Origin: Chitinophagaceae bacterium
Lineage (GTDB): Bacteria; Bacteroidota; Bacteroidia; Chitinophagales; UBA10324
Direction: 5' to 3'
Assembly (NCBI GenBank): GCA_016704325.1
Contig: JADJAG010000001.1
Span: 320,787-384,786 of the forward strand
DNA length: 64,000 bases
This document shows positions 8,227 to 18,095 of the stretch, one piece after another. Made by a program: the position numbers and the translations under genes. Within the stretch, counting starts at the first letter, position 1. Each line of letters opens with the position of its first letter. The notes under the pieces were generated by a model. The model had not been told where the DNA came from and did not search any database. It saw nothing but the letters and a program-made list of their open reading frames with translations.

Positions 8227-10653
8227 ATGGATTCCTTCAGAAATCGAAATAAGGTACGGGCAGTCAATCGATGTAGGACATACGACTTAAGACGATGTTT
8301 GTATCATATCCGGTTCTATGCGATCCTAATTTTTTCGGGCTTTTCAAATGTATTACTTGCCCAACAGCCGAATATATCCGGCATAATAACAGACCACACA
8401 ACGAATGAGCCTATTGAAGGCGTTACAGTTAATACGAATACAGGTATCGGCACAATTACGGACATGGAAGGCCGATATGAAATTTCAATACCTCCCGGAG
8501 AATATCTCCTGCAATTTTCATCTATTGGTTATGAAAATAAAATACAAAATATCAATGTCTTGGCCGGGCGCAATTTAGTAATAGACTTATCACTTCAACA
8601 AATTACCAATGAACTGAACCTGGTAGTGGTAACTGCCAGCAAGTATGAGAAGAATATCACCAGGGAGACTGTTTCAATGGAAGTCATCAAGCCCGAATTT
8701 CTGACAAATGCCAACACTGTTGACCTTGATGAAGCAATACAAAAAGTACCCGGCATGACGATGATTGACAACCAGGCCAATATTCGCGGTGGCAGTGGTT
8801 TTTCCTATGGAGCAGGCAGCCGTGTGCTGGTGCTGGTTGATGGTATTCCTGAATTAACAGGTGATGCCGGTGATGTAAAATGGGAGTTTCTTCCAATTGA
8901 AAATCTCTCGCAGGTGGAAATCATTAAAGGCGCCGCCTCTGTACTTTATGGTTCTTCTGCATTAAATGGCGTAATCAATTTAAGGACCCGTTATCCCGGG
9001 GCCGTTCCTGAAACCAGGATCACAGCCTTTCAAGGCATTTACCAGAACCCTCCTGACAAAGGCAAGGTTTGGTGGGGAAACCAGCAGCCGTATTTTGGAG
9101 GAGGCAATTTCATGCACAGCAGGAAATTCGGGCAGTTGGATTTTGTAGCCGGCGGTAATATCAATAATGAACGAAACTTCCACCAAGGGCAGTATAACCT
9201 TCGCGGAAGAATTAATGCAAATACCCGATATCGCTTTAAAAAAGTAGAAGGTCTTGCCGCAGGCTTAAACGTTAATTATATGTATTATCAATCCGGCACC
9301 TATTTTTTATGGGCCGATGATACAACCGGAGCCTATAAAGCACTTGGAGGTCTGGACTCAGCTTCGACTACTGTTTCTGAAGGCAAAAACACCAGGATGA
9401 CCATTGATCCATTCGTCACTTATTTTTCTAAAAACGGCAGCCAGCATGATCTCAAGTTCAGGTACTTTTATACTAAGAACAATAACAATACTGACCAGGG
9501 ATCTATTTCAAACTACTACTATGGTGAGTACCAGTATCGTAAATCATTCAGTTTCGGAATGAACCTGGTAGCAGGCGCCCTGGCAAGTTATACGAGTGTG
9601 AATGCTGAATTGTATGGTGATCATTCAGGTGACAATTGGGCGCTGTATGCGCAACTAGATAAAACTTTTGGAAAGCTGATTGCTGTTGCCGGTGTCAGGT
9701 ATGAAGCGTTTCATATTGATACGGCCCGGGGAAATTCAGATCCGGTATTTCGAGCCGGATTGAATTATGAATTAACAAAAACAACATTTTTACGTGGTTC
9801 CTTCGGACAAGGATATCGCTATCCTTCTATCGCAGAAAAATTCGTGAACACCTCTGTTGGCGCATTGAAAGTCTTCCCAAATCCGTCGGTGCAACCCGAG
9901 TATGGCTGGAGTGCTGAACTTGGCGTTAAACAGGCTTTCAAGATAAGTAACTGGCTCGGGTATATTGACGTTGCAGCCTTCATGCAGCGCTATCACGATA
10001 TGATTGAATTTAAATTTGGATACTATAATCCAAACCCTGTCGAAGGTGAATATGACCTTAACTATTTAGGATTTGAATCAGTAAATATTGAAAATGCGCG
10101 CATTTCAGGCATGGAATTGTCGGTTGTCGGACAGGGCACAACCTGGGGAATAAATACGTATTTGCTTGCCGGAATTACGTATATCAATCCGATAAATGTG
10201 GATCAGAAAAATTTCGTAGACAGTCTCACTAATGCCGACAATACTTTAACACAGGCAGAGACCGATTCTCTGGAACAAACAATCATTCTGAATTACAGAT
10301 TCAAGACCACTATTAAATTCAACCTGGAGCAATCTTATAAAAAGTTCAGTTGGGGAATTGAAGCGCGATACAATAGCTTTATGATTAACATTGATCCGTT
10401 TTTTGAAGGGAATGACCCCTTGGTTATATACTTGTTTGGAGAACCCACAGAGTTTATTCCGGGTGTCAAATCCTGGCGGGAAGCGCATCATCATGGAGAT
10501 TTTGTAATGGATCTTCGGCTGGCATACAACATTACAGACAACATACGTATTGCACTGATCACAAAGAACTCGTTAAATCATGAGTATTCAATCAGACCGG
10601 CACTGCTGGAAGCACCAAGGAGTTACACTGCTCAATTAACAATCAAAATGTAA
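8227..10653 (+). CDS. TonB-dependent receptor with an N-terminal carboxypeptidase-regulatory-like domain
   Basis: ISGIITDHTTNEPIEGVTVNT..DMEGRYEISIPPGEYLLQFSSIGYE is the CarboxypepD_reg domain. The plug region is VVVTASKYEKNITRETVSMEVI...VPGMTM...IRGGSG..VLVDGIP. A long beta-barrel follows. No SusD-like partner gene follows it. Confidence 0.9.
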   Translation: MDSFRNRNKVRAVNRCRTYDLRRCLYHIRFYAILIFSGFSNVLLAQQPNISGIITDHTTNEPIEGVTVNTNTGIGTITDMEGRYEISIPPGEYLLQFSSIGYENKIQNINVLAGRNLVIDLSLQQITNELNLVVVTASKYEKNITRETVSMEVIKPEFLTNANTVDLDEAIQKVPGMTMIDNQANIRGGSGFSYGAGSRVLVLVDGIPELTGDAGDVKWEFLPIENLSQVEIIKGAASVLYGSSALNGVINLRTRYPGAVPETRITAFQGIYQNPPDKGKVWWGNQQPYFGGGNFMHSRKFGQLDFVAGGNINNERNFHQGQYNLRGRINANTRYRFKKVEGLAAGLNVNYMYYQSGTYFLWADDTTGAYKALGGLDSASTTVSEGKNTRMTIDPFVTYFSKNGSQHDLKFRYFYTKNNNNTDQGSISNYYYGEYQYRKSFSFGMNLVAGALASYTSVNAELYGDHSGDNWALYAQLDKTFGKLIAVAGVRYEAFHIDTARGNSDPVFRAGLNYELTKTTFLRGSFGQGYRYPSIAEKFVNTSVGALKVFPNPSVQPEYGWSAELGVKQAFKISNWLGYIDVAAFMQRYHDMIEFKFGYYNPNPVEGEYDLNYLGFESVNIENARISGMELSVVGQGTTWGINTYLLAGITYINPINVDQKNFVDSLTNADNTLTQAETDSLEQTIILNYRFKTTIKFNLEQSYKKFSWGIEARYNSFMINIDPFFEGNDPLVIYLFGEPTEFIPGVKSWREAHHHGDFVMDLRLAYNITDNIRIALITKNSLNHEYSIRPALLEAPRSYTAQLTIKM

Positions 10654-10785
10654 AATGAATTGTAAATGGATTGAATGAAACAGACTGCCTTCTAAAGCAT
10701 TTTCTTAAACACAAATTTGATTCACTGATTCATAAGAACAGTCCAAAACACTCTCTGTATTTTCCTCACAATTAAATTTAAGACT

Positions 10786-11265
10786 ATGGAAGCTCAATTG
10801 TTTGTTAAAATGGTATTAAGTAGTTGGAATACACAATATGCTGAATTATGGAAGTTGCTTGACCAACTGTCTGATGAACAGTTACAAAATGAAACTTCAC
10901 CGGGCAGAAATCGGGGCATTTATCTTTTAGGTCATCTTGTTGCTGTAACAGATGGCATGCTTCCATTGCTTGATTTTGGGCCAAGAATGTATGCGCAACT
11001 GGATGGTATTTTTGTACATCTTCCTGATAAGTCAGGTCAGGAGATGCCTACAGCCACTACGCTCAAATCAAATCTGAAGGAAATTAATGAGGTGCTCAGT
11101 ACTTCCTTCAATAACCTTCCGGCTGAACAATGGTTTTCAAGACATACAGCGGTATCGGAGTTTGATTTTATTAGTCAGCCGTATAGAAATAAGTTAAACA
11201 TCATCATCAACAGAAGCAATCACATGGCATATCATGTCGGGCAGCTGGTTTATTTATTGAAGTAA
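10786..11265 (+). CDS. DinB-family (four-helix-bundle, metal-binding) protein
   Basis: The size (159 aa) fits, as do the His-containing helices (LLGHLVAV... and NHMAYHVGQLVYL) characteristic of DinB/YfiT-like proteins. Confidence 0.6.
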   Translation: MEAQLFVKMVLSSWNTQYAELWKLLDQLSDEQLQNETSPGRNRGIYLLGHLVAVTDGMLPLLDFGPRMYAQLDGIFVHLPDKSGQEMPTATTLKSNLKEINEVLSTSFNNLPAEQWFSRHTAVSEFDFISQPYRNKLNIIINRSNHMAYHVGQLVYLLK

Positions 11266-11408
11266 GTAGTATGTATTCCATTGAATTAGCAATTTAAAAA
11301 ATGATACCGACAAAAAATTGTTCAGCATCATTTGCAAGATACTCTTTGCAAATATTAATTGAAGCTGATAAATGATTAGCTTTATACAATCGTAAATCCA
11401 ACTTTCAA

Positions 11409-12554
11409 ATGAGGACATTAACAGCTCTGATTTTGGTACATGCCTTATTTACAGGTAATGCCTATACACAATGTATTCCTTCAGTGCCATCGAATGCGGT
11501 CGTTGTGAACTCCACCCAAACTATCAATGGCGGTTTTGACCCAATATGGGTATGCAGTGGCGATACGCTGCATTCAGATGGTGGCTTTCACAATATATTC
11601 CTGGAGTCCAATGCTGTGATGACCACTTCAGGGGGCATTGACACAATTTATGTGAAAGCGGGCGCGAAGTTCTCGATGAACGGAGGCATCCATGTAATCT
11701 ATTTTATAAATACAGCGGATATTGCAATAAACGGTGGTATTCCAACCCTTAATAATTGCAGCTCCATCGCATTTAATTACGCGAACGCACCAACTAATGG
11801 ATGCGAACTAGTTCTAACAGCTTCCTTTGAATCATCAGATACTTCAATTTGTACAGGCGATTGCATTGACTTTCAAAGCATAAGCAGCAATGCAACTACC
11901 TGGCAATGGCTGTTTCCAGGAGCATCACCTTCAACAAGTACTGATGAGCATCCATTATCTGTTTGCTATAATACGGCAGGTATTTATGATGTTACGCTTA
12001 TTGCCGGCAATGGATCTGAAAGCGATACTATTACTTTGGAAGGATTAATTACAGTCGAAGCACCCCCTGCTGTGCCTGCACTATTTCAAAATGAGGATAC
12101 TTTGTTCACAACACAAGGATATGCATCTTACCAATGGTATTATGAAGGTGTTTTGATAAGCGGCGCAACCGATTATTTCTATGTTGCTTTACAAAATGGA
12201 ATGTATAGCGTTTCAGTAACAAGTATCAAAGGCTGCGGAGAAGCAAGCGCATCCATTTCATTTGTATTTACGGGAGAATTGCAGGCTATCCATAGTGGCA
12301 CATTATTGACGATCTACCCAAATCCTGCTGACTCTTATGTTAACTTTAAGTTTTCTCCAATTGAAATTTCAGAAGGAAAGATTTCAATAAGGGATTGCTT
12401 CGGCAGACCGATGAATGCTACCTCATTTCGAAAAGTATCCGGCCAAACCGAAATTACCATTGACGTTACGAATTTCCCTGCAGGAGTTTATTTTGCAAGC
12501 ATAGAATTGGACGAATCGCATTACACAAGGGTTTTTACGATTGCGCGTCATTGA
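11409..12554 (+). CDS. Secreted PKD-domain protein with a T9SS C-terminal sorting domain
   Basis: Signal peptide ...GNAYT/QC. The PKD-like module is FESSDTSICTGDCIDFQSISSNATTWQWLFPGASPSTS..HPLSVCYNTAGIYDVTLIAGNG. The C-terminus (LTIYPNPADSYVNF...FPAGVYFASIEL) fits the T9SS CTD. Confidence 0.8.
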   Translation: MRTLTALILVHALFTGNAYTQCIPSVPSNAVVVNSTQTINGGFDPIWVCSGDTLHSDGGFHNIFLESNAVMTTSGGIDTIYVKAGAKFSMNGGIHVIYFINTADIAINGGIPTLNNCSSIAFNYANAPTNGCELVLTASFESSDTSICTGDCIDFQSISSNATTWQWLFPGASPSTSTDEHPLSVCYNTAGIYDVTLIAGNGSESDTITLEGLITVEAPPAVPALFQNEDTLFTTQGYASYQWYYEGVLISGATDYFYVALQNGMYSVSVTSIKGCGEASASISFVFTGELQAIHSGTLLTIYPNPADSYVNFKFSPIEISEGKISIRDCFGRPMNATSFRKVSGQTEITIDVTNFPAGVYFASIELDESHYTRVFTIARH

Positions 12555-12688
12555 TCCTTTGTCCACTTTGCAAGAAAGTATTGGATAAATGAATGAAATC
12601 TTTTTAGAGGAAGACTTTATATTAAGTATCGCAATATTGTTCTATGATGCTCAAAATTGTGCCTTCTTTCTATAGCTGAAAATGCCCG

Positions 12689-12696
12689 TACTTTTG
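12689..12696 (+). promoter_or_regulatory. Bacteroidota -7 box TACTTTTG
   Basis: An exact TAnnTTTG 14 nt upstream of ATG 12710. Confidence 0.45.
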
Positions 12697-12709
12697 TTAC
12701 TTTTCCCGA

Positions 12710-13111
12710 ATGAACCCAATTAATTCTGTCCACTCAAAGAAAATGACAATGACAACTTTAATAATTCTCCTGATGATTGGCGTGCTGGCAGGTGTATTCA
12801 GCGGATTTATAGGCATTGGCGGAGGCCTCATTGTGGTACCATGCCTCGTATATTTTATGGGCATGGGACAGCATGCAGCTCAAGGCACCTCCCTGGCCAT
12901 GATGCTCCCTCCTATCGGAATAATTGCGGTGTACAATTACTACAAAGCCGGACAGGTTGATTTTAAGATTGCCGCTATCCTTTGCGCCAGTTTTATTATT
13001 GGAAGCTTTTTTGGAAGTAAGATTGCCATTGGTTTACCGGCCGATCAGATTAAAAAAGCGTTCGGTATCATCATTATTTTATTGGGACTGAAAATGGTAT
13101 TCTGGAAGTAA
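12710..13111 (+). CDS. Half-size TSUP (TauE/SafE) family membrane transporter subunit
   Basis: It has four hydrophobic helices. GVFSGFIGIGGGLIVVP and the Gly-rich helices are typical of TauE/SafE. The start may instead be at M12/M14 (12743/12749). Confidence 0.7.
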   Translation: MNPINSVHSKKMTMTTLIILLMIGVLAGVFSGFIGIGGGLIVVPCLVYFMGMGQHAAQGTSLAMMLPPIGIIAVYNYYKAGQVDFKIAAILCASFIIGSFFGSKIAIGLPADQIKKAFGIIIILLGLKMVFWK

Positions 13112-13123
13112 TTCCAATTGGCC

Positions 13124-13131
13124 TATTTTTG
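13124..13131 (+). promoter_or_regulatory. Bacteroidota -7 box TATTTTTG
   Basis: An exact TAnnTTTG 36 nt upstream of the FKBP ATG. Confidence 0.45.
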
Positions 13132-13166
13132 CAAATTCCGCAGACTACCCGCTGCATTTTAAATCA

Positions 13167-13655
13167 ATGAAACCCAATTTTCAATCTATGATCAGGAATA
13201 GGATTCTGGCATTTCTTATCGTGATGGTGTCTATCTCTTGTAACAAAAATGATGGAAATTGTCCGGATGTAACGGATACGGCACCCGCTTCTGAAGTAGC
13301 TACATTAAAAGCGTATCTGGATGCAGCCAATATTACTGCAACGGAAGATCCTCGTGGCTTTTTTTATACGATAATCTCCGCTGGTTCAGGAGATCAGCCA
13401 AGTGCATGTGATGGTGTAACAGTTGATTATACTGGTGAATTGACCAATGGAGTTGAGTTCGACAATGGCACTGATGTTTCATTCAATTTGTCGCAGTTGA
13501 TTACCGGATGGCAAGCCGGAATTCCATTGATAGCACCTGGCGGACAAATTATTTTGTACCTGCCTCCAAGCCTGGCGTATGGTTCATCAGGATCAGGAAC
13601 CATACCCCCTAATGCCAATCTTATTTTTACGATCAAACTGATTGATGTTTACTAG
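13167..13655 (+). CDS. FKBP-type peptidyl-prolyl cis-trans isomerase, lipoprotein
   Basis: Lipobox VSIS/C. The FKBP core is GVTVDYTGELTNGVEFDNG...FNLSQLITGWQAGIPLIAPGGQIILYLPPSLAYG...IPPNANLIFTIKLIDV. Confidence 0.9.
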   Translation: MKPNFQSMIRNRILAFLIVMVSISCNKNDGNCPDVTDTAPASEVATLKAYLDAANITATEDPRGFFYTIISAGSGDQPSACDGVTVDYTGELTNGVEFDNGTDVSFNLSQLITGWQAGIPLIAPGGQIILYLPPSLAYGSSGSGTIPPNANLIFTIKLIDVY

Positions 13656-13735
13656 TGATCAATCAGGTTTGCATCTATTTCTGCAGCTATTCATCGATTC
13701 AATTTAATTTTATTTTGTAACTGAACAATAGGAAT

Positions 13736-14128
13736 ATGCGCAATTTTCCATACTTAAGTACTGCAACATGGTTGGTAATTTTCCGGATTGGAGTAAGCCT
13801 TTTAATGGTGGCGCACGGCTTGATTAGACTTTATGCTGATACCTTAGGAGGCTTCGGGGAATTTTTAGAAGGCAAAGGTTTTCCCGGAGGGACGTATATA
13901 GCCTGGGCAATCACCCTATTTGAAATTGTTGGTGGATTAGTTCTTGCATCAGGTTTTTTAAGAAAGCTGATCAGTGGTTTATTCATAACGGAACTTGTAT
14001 TCGGCATTCTGTTGGTACACTTGCAAAACGGCTGGTTTGTTGTTGGTTACTCGTCAGGTGGAATTGAGTACAGCGTATTGTTGATTCTATGCTTCTTTCT
14101 TATCGCTTCAACAGGAAGGAATAAATGA
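13736..14128 (+). CDS. DoxX-family membrane protein
   Basis: 130 aa with four TM helices. RIGVSLLMVAHGLIRL and FEIVGGLVLASGF are typical of DoxX. Confidence 0.6.
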   Translation: MRNFPYLSTATWLVIFRIGVSLLMVAHGLIRLYADTLGGFGEFLEGKGFPGGTYIAWAITLFEIVGGLVLASGFLRKLISGLFITELVFGILLVHLQNGWFVVGYSSGGIEYSVLLILCFFLIASTGRNK

Positions 14129-14277
14129 AACAAGTGATTATGTTACAATACACATCTTCCAGCAACATTTACAAATGCTCAGGATTCTTTTGATGTAACT
14201 TAGGAGTCGCGAAAGAAATGAGTGAGATCTCCCTTTGACGAAATTTTTGCCAACGAATAGATTAATATATAGTTTAG

Positions 14278-15489
14278 TTAATTTGAGTGTTCCAGCAATA
14301 CAGCATACCCTTGCCCGACGCCAATACACATAGCGGCAAGTGCATAATGTTGCCTTTTTAGTGATAATTCAAGCGCAGCGCTATAAACGATTCTTGCTCC
14401 GCTCATGCCTAAAGGATGGCCCAGGGCGATAGCTCCTCCATTAATATTAATTCGGGGATCATCATCATGCAAGCCCAACTCACGGATACAGGCAAGACAC
14501 TGCGATGCAAAGGCTTCATTTAATTCAATCACATCAATATTATCTAAAGAGATAGCTGATCTACTCAATGTCTTCTGAATGGCCTTTACCGGGCCTATAC
14601 CCATTATGCGTGGCTCCACGCCCACTACCGCGCTGCAGATAATTTTCGCTTTTGGTAACAGTCCATATTTCTTTACAGCTGTTCCTGATGCAATATACAT
14701 GGCAGCAGCTCCATCATTCAATCCTGAAGAGTTACCTGCAGTAACCGTTCCGCCCTCCATTTTGAAAACGGGCTTAAGCTTCGCCAAGGCTTCCAGGGTT
14801 GTGCCTGGCTTAATAAATTCATCGTGATCAGCGTGAAGTACTTCCCCCTTTCGTTGTGGCACTTCAACTGTCAATATCTCGTGCTGAAGGCGCTTCGAAA
14901 CATATGCAGCACCGGCCTTCTGTTGTGATATCATCGCAAACCAGTCCTGGTCTGCTCTGCTTATTTTGTACAATTCTGCTACATTCTCCGCGGTTACACC
15001 CATGGCATCAGTGCCATACAATGCCTTCATTCTTGGATTGACGAAACGCCAGCCAAAGCTGCTGTCATACATTTGGGCATCATTGCCAAATGGCTTACTG
15101 GTTTTTGAAATGACCCAGGGGCCGCGTGTCATGCTTTCTACGCCACCTGCTATAAACACCTCACCGGCTCCGCTTTTTATGCCATGAAAGGCATGCACCA
15201 CTGCACTCATTCCGGAAGCACAAAGCCTGTTTACAGTTTCTCCGGGAATGGAAAAAGGCATTCCTGCAAGCAACAATGCCATACGCGCCACATTTCTATT
15301 ATCCTCACCCGCCTGATTGGCACAACCAATTATCACATCATCAACTGCTTCTACCGGTATACCCGGATTCCTGGAAACCAGTTCCTTGAGTACCAATGCA
15401 GCTAAATCATCTGTGCGGATGCCCGATAACATGCCACCAATAGTTCCTATCGGTGTTCTGATACCATCAATGATATAAGCTTCTTCCAT
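14278..15489 (-). CDS. Acetyl-CoA C-acyltransferase (thiolase)
   Basis: The active-site Cys context is [12 protein letters not shown]. Also present are [32 protein letters not shown] and MCIGVGQG. The full-length 403 aa is typical of thiolases. Confidence 0.95.
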   Translation of the reverse strand: MEEAYIIDGIRTPIGTIGGMLSGIRTDDLAALVLKELVSRNPGIPVEAVDDVIIGCANQAGEDNRNVARMALLLAGMPFSIPGETVNRLCASGMSAVVHAFHGIKSGAGEVFIAGGVESMTRGPWVISKTSKPFGNDAQMYDSSFGWRFVNPRMKALYGTDAMGVTAENVAELYKISRADQDWFAMISQQKAGAAYVSKRLQHEILTVEVPQRKGEVLHADHDEFIKPGTTLEALAKLKPVFKMEGGTVTAGNSSGLNDGAAAMYIASGTAVKKYGLLPKAKIICSAVVGVEPRIMGIGPVKAIQKTLSRSAISLDNIDVIELNEAFASQCLACIRELGLHDDDPRININGGAIALGHPLGMSGARIVYSAALELSLKRQHYALAAMCIGVGQGYAVLLEHSN

Positions 15490-15569
15490 CGCCCAAAAAT
15501 ACAGGAATTTGTATGTCGATGAACAAGAAGCATCATTTTCAACTCTGGAAATGCCTCATTAATTAGGTT

Positions 15570-15577
15570 TATTTTTG
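15570..15577 (+). promoter_or_regulatory. Bacteroidota -7 box TATTTTTG (trmD)
   Basis: An exact TAnnTTTG 16 nt upstream of ATG 15593. Confidence 0.45.
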
Positions 15578-15592
15578 CTGCAAATTGTATGC

Positions 15593-16270
15593 ATGCGGTT
15601 CGACATCATTACGTTACTACCCGGTTTATTAGCAGGTCCTTTCGAGCATTCTATCCTGAAACGAGCTGCAGATAAAGGACTGCTTGAAGTTGAACTGCAT
15701 AATCTCCGGGACTACACTACTTTTAAACATAAGCAGGTTGATGACTACCAATATGGAGGTGGTGCCGGCATGGTTTTGATGATAGAACCGGTTGTGCGTT
15801 GCCTGGATTTCCTGAAAGCGCAACGCGAATATGAGGAGATCATCTACATGTCACCTGATGGCGAATTACTTAATCAGTCATTGGCCAATCAACTATCCCT
15901 TAAAAATAATATTATCCTTCTGTGTGGGCACTATAAAGGGATCGATCAGCGTATCAGGGAACATCTGATTACACGTGAAATTTCCATAGGTGATTATGTA
16001 TTAAGCGGCGGTGAATTGGCTGCTGCCGTGTTGGTTGATGCAATAGGCCGGCTTATTCCAGGTGTTCTAAATGATGAATCTTCTGCGCTATTTGATTCCT
16101 TTCAGGATAATTTGCTGGCACCACCCGTATATACACGCCCAGAAACGTTCAACAACTGGCGTGTTCCTGAAGTACTTTTATCCGGCGACCAAAAAAGAAT
16201 TGATGCCTGGCGAAATGAGCTATCACTGGAAAGAACCCGTCTATTACGTCCTGCCCTTCTGAATAAATGA
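15593..16270 (+). CDS. trmD: tRNA (guanine37-N1)-methyltransferase
   Basis: [11 protein letters not shown]..., [41 protein letters not shown] 15593 sits 16 nt after a TATTTTTG box, and the longer ORF-track start would include that promoter. Confidence 0.95.
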   Translation: MRFDIITLLPGLLAGPFEHSILKRAADKGLLEVELHNLRDYTTFKHKQVDDYQYGGGAGMVLMIEPVVRCLDFLKAQREYEEIIYMSPDGELLNQSLANQLSLKNNIILLCGHYKGIDQRIREHLITREISIGDYVLSGGELAAAVLVDAIGRLIPGVLNDESSALFDSFQDNLLAPPVYTRPETFNNWRVPEVLLSGDQKRIDAWRNELSLERTRLLRPALLNK

Positions 16271-16335
16271 ATGGTGGTAGTATGGATTGTTTAGGAGAAC
16301 TTCTTCACCCAGTTTTTTATCCAGCCATCATTTCA

Positions 16336-16343
16336 TAACTTTG
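16336..16343 (+). promoter_or_regulatory. Bacteroidota -7 box TAACTTTG (DUF1573 gene)
   Basis: An exact TAnnTTTG 16 nt upstream of ATG 16359. Confidence 0.45.
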
Positions 16344-16358
16344 CGACCTAAATTTCTA

Positions 16359-16823
16359 ATGGTTGTGAAAAGTTATTGTTTCCTGCTTTTTGTTTTTTCA
16401 GTGTTTTTTGTTGCTTGTCAGCAAAGTGAACATAAAGCTGACAGTGAAAAAATTGATGGCGGCCTGGTTCAAAATCCTGCAACGATCTCCGGAGATACAA
16501 CTGATCAAAAGGTTGCTGTAATTTCTTTCGAGACAATGGAGCATGATTTCGGCAAAATAAAAGAGGGTGACAAAGTGACTTATGATTTTAAATTTACTAA
16601 TACAGGCGAAGTTCCTCTGCTTATTTCTGCAGTAAAAGCTTCATGTGGCTGCACAACACCTGAATGGCCGAAAGGCTTAGTTAATCCCGGTGAATCAGAG
16701 AAGATCCGCGTAGCCTATGATAGTAAGGGTCGCGAAGGTGAATTCAACAAGGGTATTGTGGTTACTGCCAATACCTATCCCAATACAGTAACCATCAAAA
16801 TTTCCGGAGTCGTTTTTAAGTAG
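16359..16823 (+). CDS. DUF1573-domain exported protein
   Basis: FGKIKEGDKVTYDFKFTNTGEVPLLISAVKASCGCTTPEWPK contains the hallmark SCGCT motif. ATG 16359 follows a TAACTTTG box. The N-terminus is hydrophobic with a Cys (FFVAC). Confidence 0.8.
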   Translation: MVVKSYCFLLFVFSVFFVACQQSEHKADSEKIDGGLVQNPATISGDTTDQKVAVISFETMEHDFGKIKEGDKVTYDFKFTNTGEVPLLISAVKASCGCTTPEWPKGLVNPGESEKIRVAYDSKGREGEFNKGIVVTANTYPNTVTIKISGVVFK

Positions 16824-16912
16824 ATTAAGGCACTCCGGTTTCAAGGTATTTAGCTTGATTTTGCTAAGTGCCGTTTCGGATATTCATCAACTAAACAGTG
16901 AAATAAAAACGT

Positions 16913-17257
16913 ATGAACCTGAATTGCATTTTCCTGATGACTACACCTTCCGGCTCCAGTAGTGGTGCTGGATGGATGAACTTAGTATTACTGCTTGCAG
17001 TTTTTGCAGTGATGTATTTTTTTATGATTCGCCCACAATCAAAAAAAGCGAAAGAGCAACGCACTTTTTTAGAGACCTTACAGAAAGGCGATAAAATTGT
17101 TACCGTTGCCGGAATACACGGACGCATCTCCAAAGTAAATGAAAGTGGCACACTGGAAGTGGAAATTGATACCAATACGAAAGTGATTATGGAGCGGAGT
17201 GGTATTTCGATGGAATACACCCGCAGCCTTCAAGGAAACGCCACTGCACAGAAGTAG
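16913..17257 (+). CDS. yajC: Preprotein translocase subunit YajC
   Basis: LLLAVFAVMYFFMIRPQSKKAKEQRTF...LQKGDKIVTVAGIHGRI is the YajC signature. The exact start is uncertain (16913, 16937 or 16976). Confidence 0.85.
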   Translation: MNLNCIFLMTTPSGSSSGAGWMNLVLLLAVFAVMYFFMIRPQSKKAKEQRTFLETLQKGDKIVTVAGIHGRISKVNESGTLEVEIDTNTKVIMERSGISMEYTRSLQGNATAQK

Positions 17258-17351
17258 CAGCGCGATATTCACTTACTCGTTCGCAACCCACTACCTTTTC
17301 TGATTTTATTCAGATTATGGTTATTTGCCTTGAGTACTTCAATTTTATGAT

Positions 17352-17945
17352 ATGTTAAAAGTCGGCATTACGGGAGGAATTGGCTCCGGTAAAACTACCG
17401 TTTGCAGAATATTCGAAATGCTGGGCATTCCTGTTTTCTATGCTGATACCGTTTCCCGGAATTTAGTACAGCAAAATCCTGAGGTAATCGCTGCAATAAA
17501 GGCTTCTTTTGGAAATGGCATTTACCAGGATGCGCTTTTAAACACAAAAGCACTTGCTAAAATTGTGTTTAACGACCCCGAAAAATTGAGAAAACTCAAC
17601 TCCATTGTACACCCTTCCGTGTTTAGAATGTTTAACGAATGGATAGCCAAACATGCCGGTTATGCTTATGTGCTAAAGGAAGCAGCCCTGATTTTTGAAA
17701 CGAATGCACACTTGACATTAGATGCGGTAATCGTAGTGACAGCACCTGAATCTATGCGCATAAAAAGAGTAATGCAACGGGATGGGGCAACTGAAGCTGA
17801 CGTGCAGCAGCGGATGAAACAACAAATGCCTGAAGCAGAAAAACGAAAACAGGCTACTTTTATCATTCATAACGATGAAAGTGAGTTGCTCATCCCTCAG
17901 ATATTAGCAATTCATAAAAAACTGCTGCTTCTACATCCAAAATAA
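17352..17945 (+). CDS. coaE: Dephospho-CoA kinase
   Basis: P-loop VGITGGIGSGKTTV. The length (197 aa) and overall pattern are CoaE-like. Confidence 0.9.
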   Translation: MLKVGITGGIGSGKTTVCRIFEMLGIPVFYADTVSRNLVQQNPEVIAAIKASFGNGIYQDALLNTKALAKIVFNDPEKLRKLNSIVHPSVFRMFNEWIAKHAGYAYVLKEAALIFETNAHLTLDAVIVVTAPESMRIKRVMQRDGATEADVQQRMKQQMPEAEKRKQATFIIHNDESELLIPQILAIHKKLLLLHPK

Positions 17946-18067
17946 TCCACTTTTCAAATGCATGCGAACTGATACTTTAGCAACTGTTCAAAACAGTTGT
18001 TGCGATACTCTTTTGATATGGTGCTATGAATGCTTTTAACTGTTATGCTAGGAGCAATGTGAAATAG

Positions 18068-18075
18068 TATATTTG
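18068..18075 (+). promoter_or_regulatory. Bacteroidota -7 box TATATTTG (ABC operon)
   Basis: An exact TAnnTTTG 21 nt upstream of ATG 18096. Confidence 0.45.
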
Positions 18076-18095
18076 TCAGGGTGAATTACAGACTT

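Noticed and set aside
16287-16358. A 24-codon N-terminal extension of the DUF1573 ORF (MFRRTSSPSFLSSHHFITLRPKFL).
   Set aside because: An exact TAACTTTG -7 box lies inside it (16336-16343), and the signal-peptide-like sequence starts at ATG 16359.
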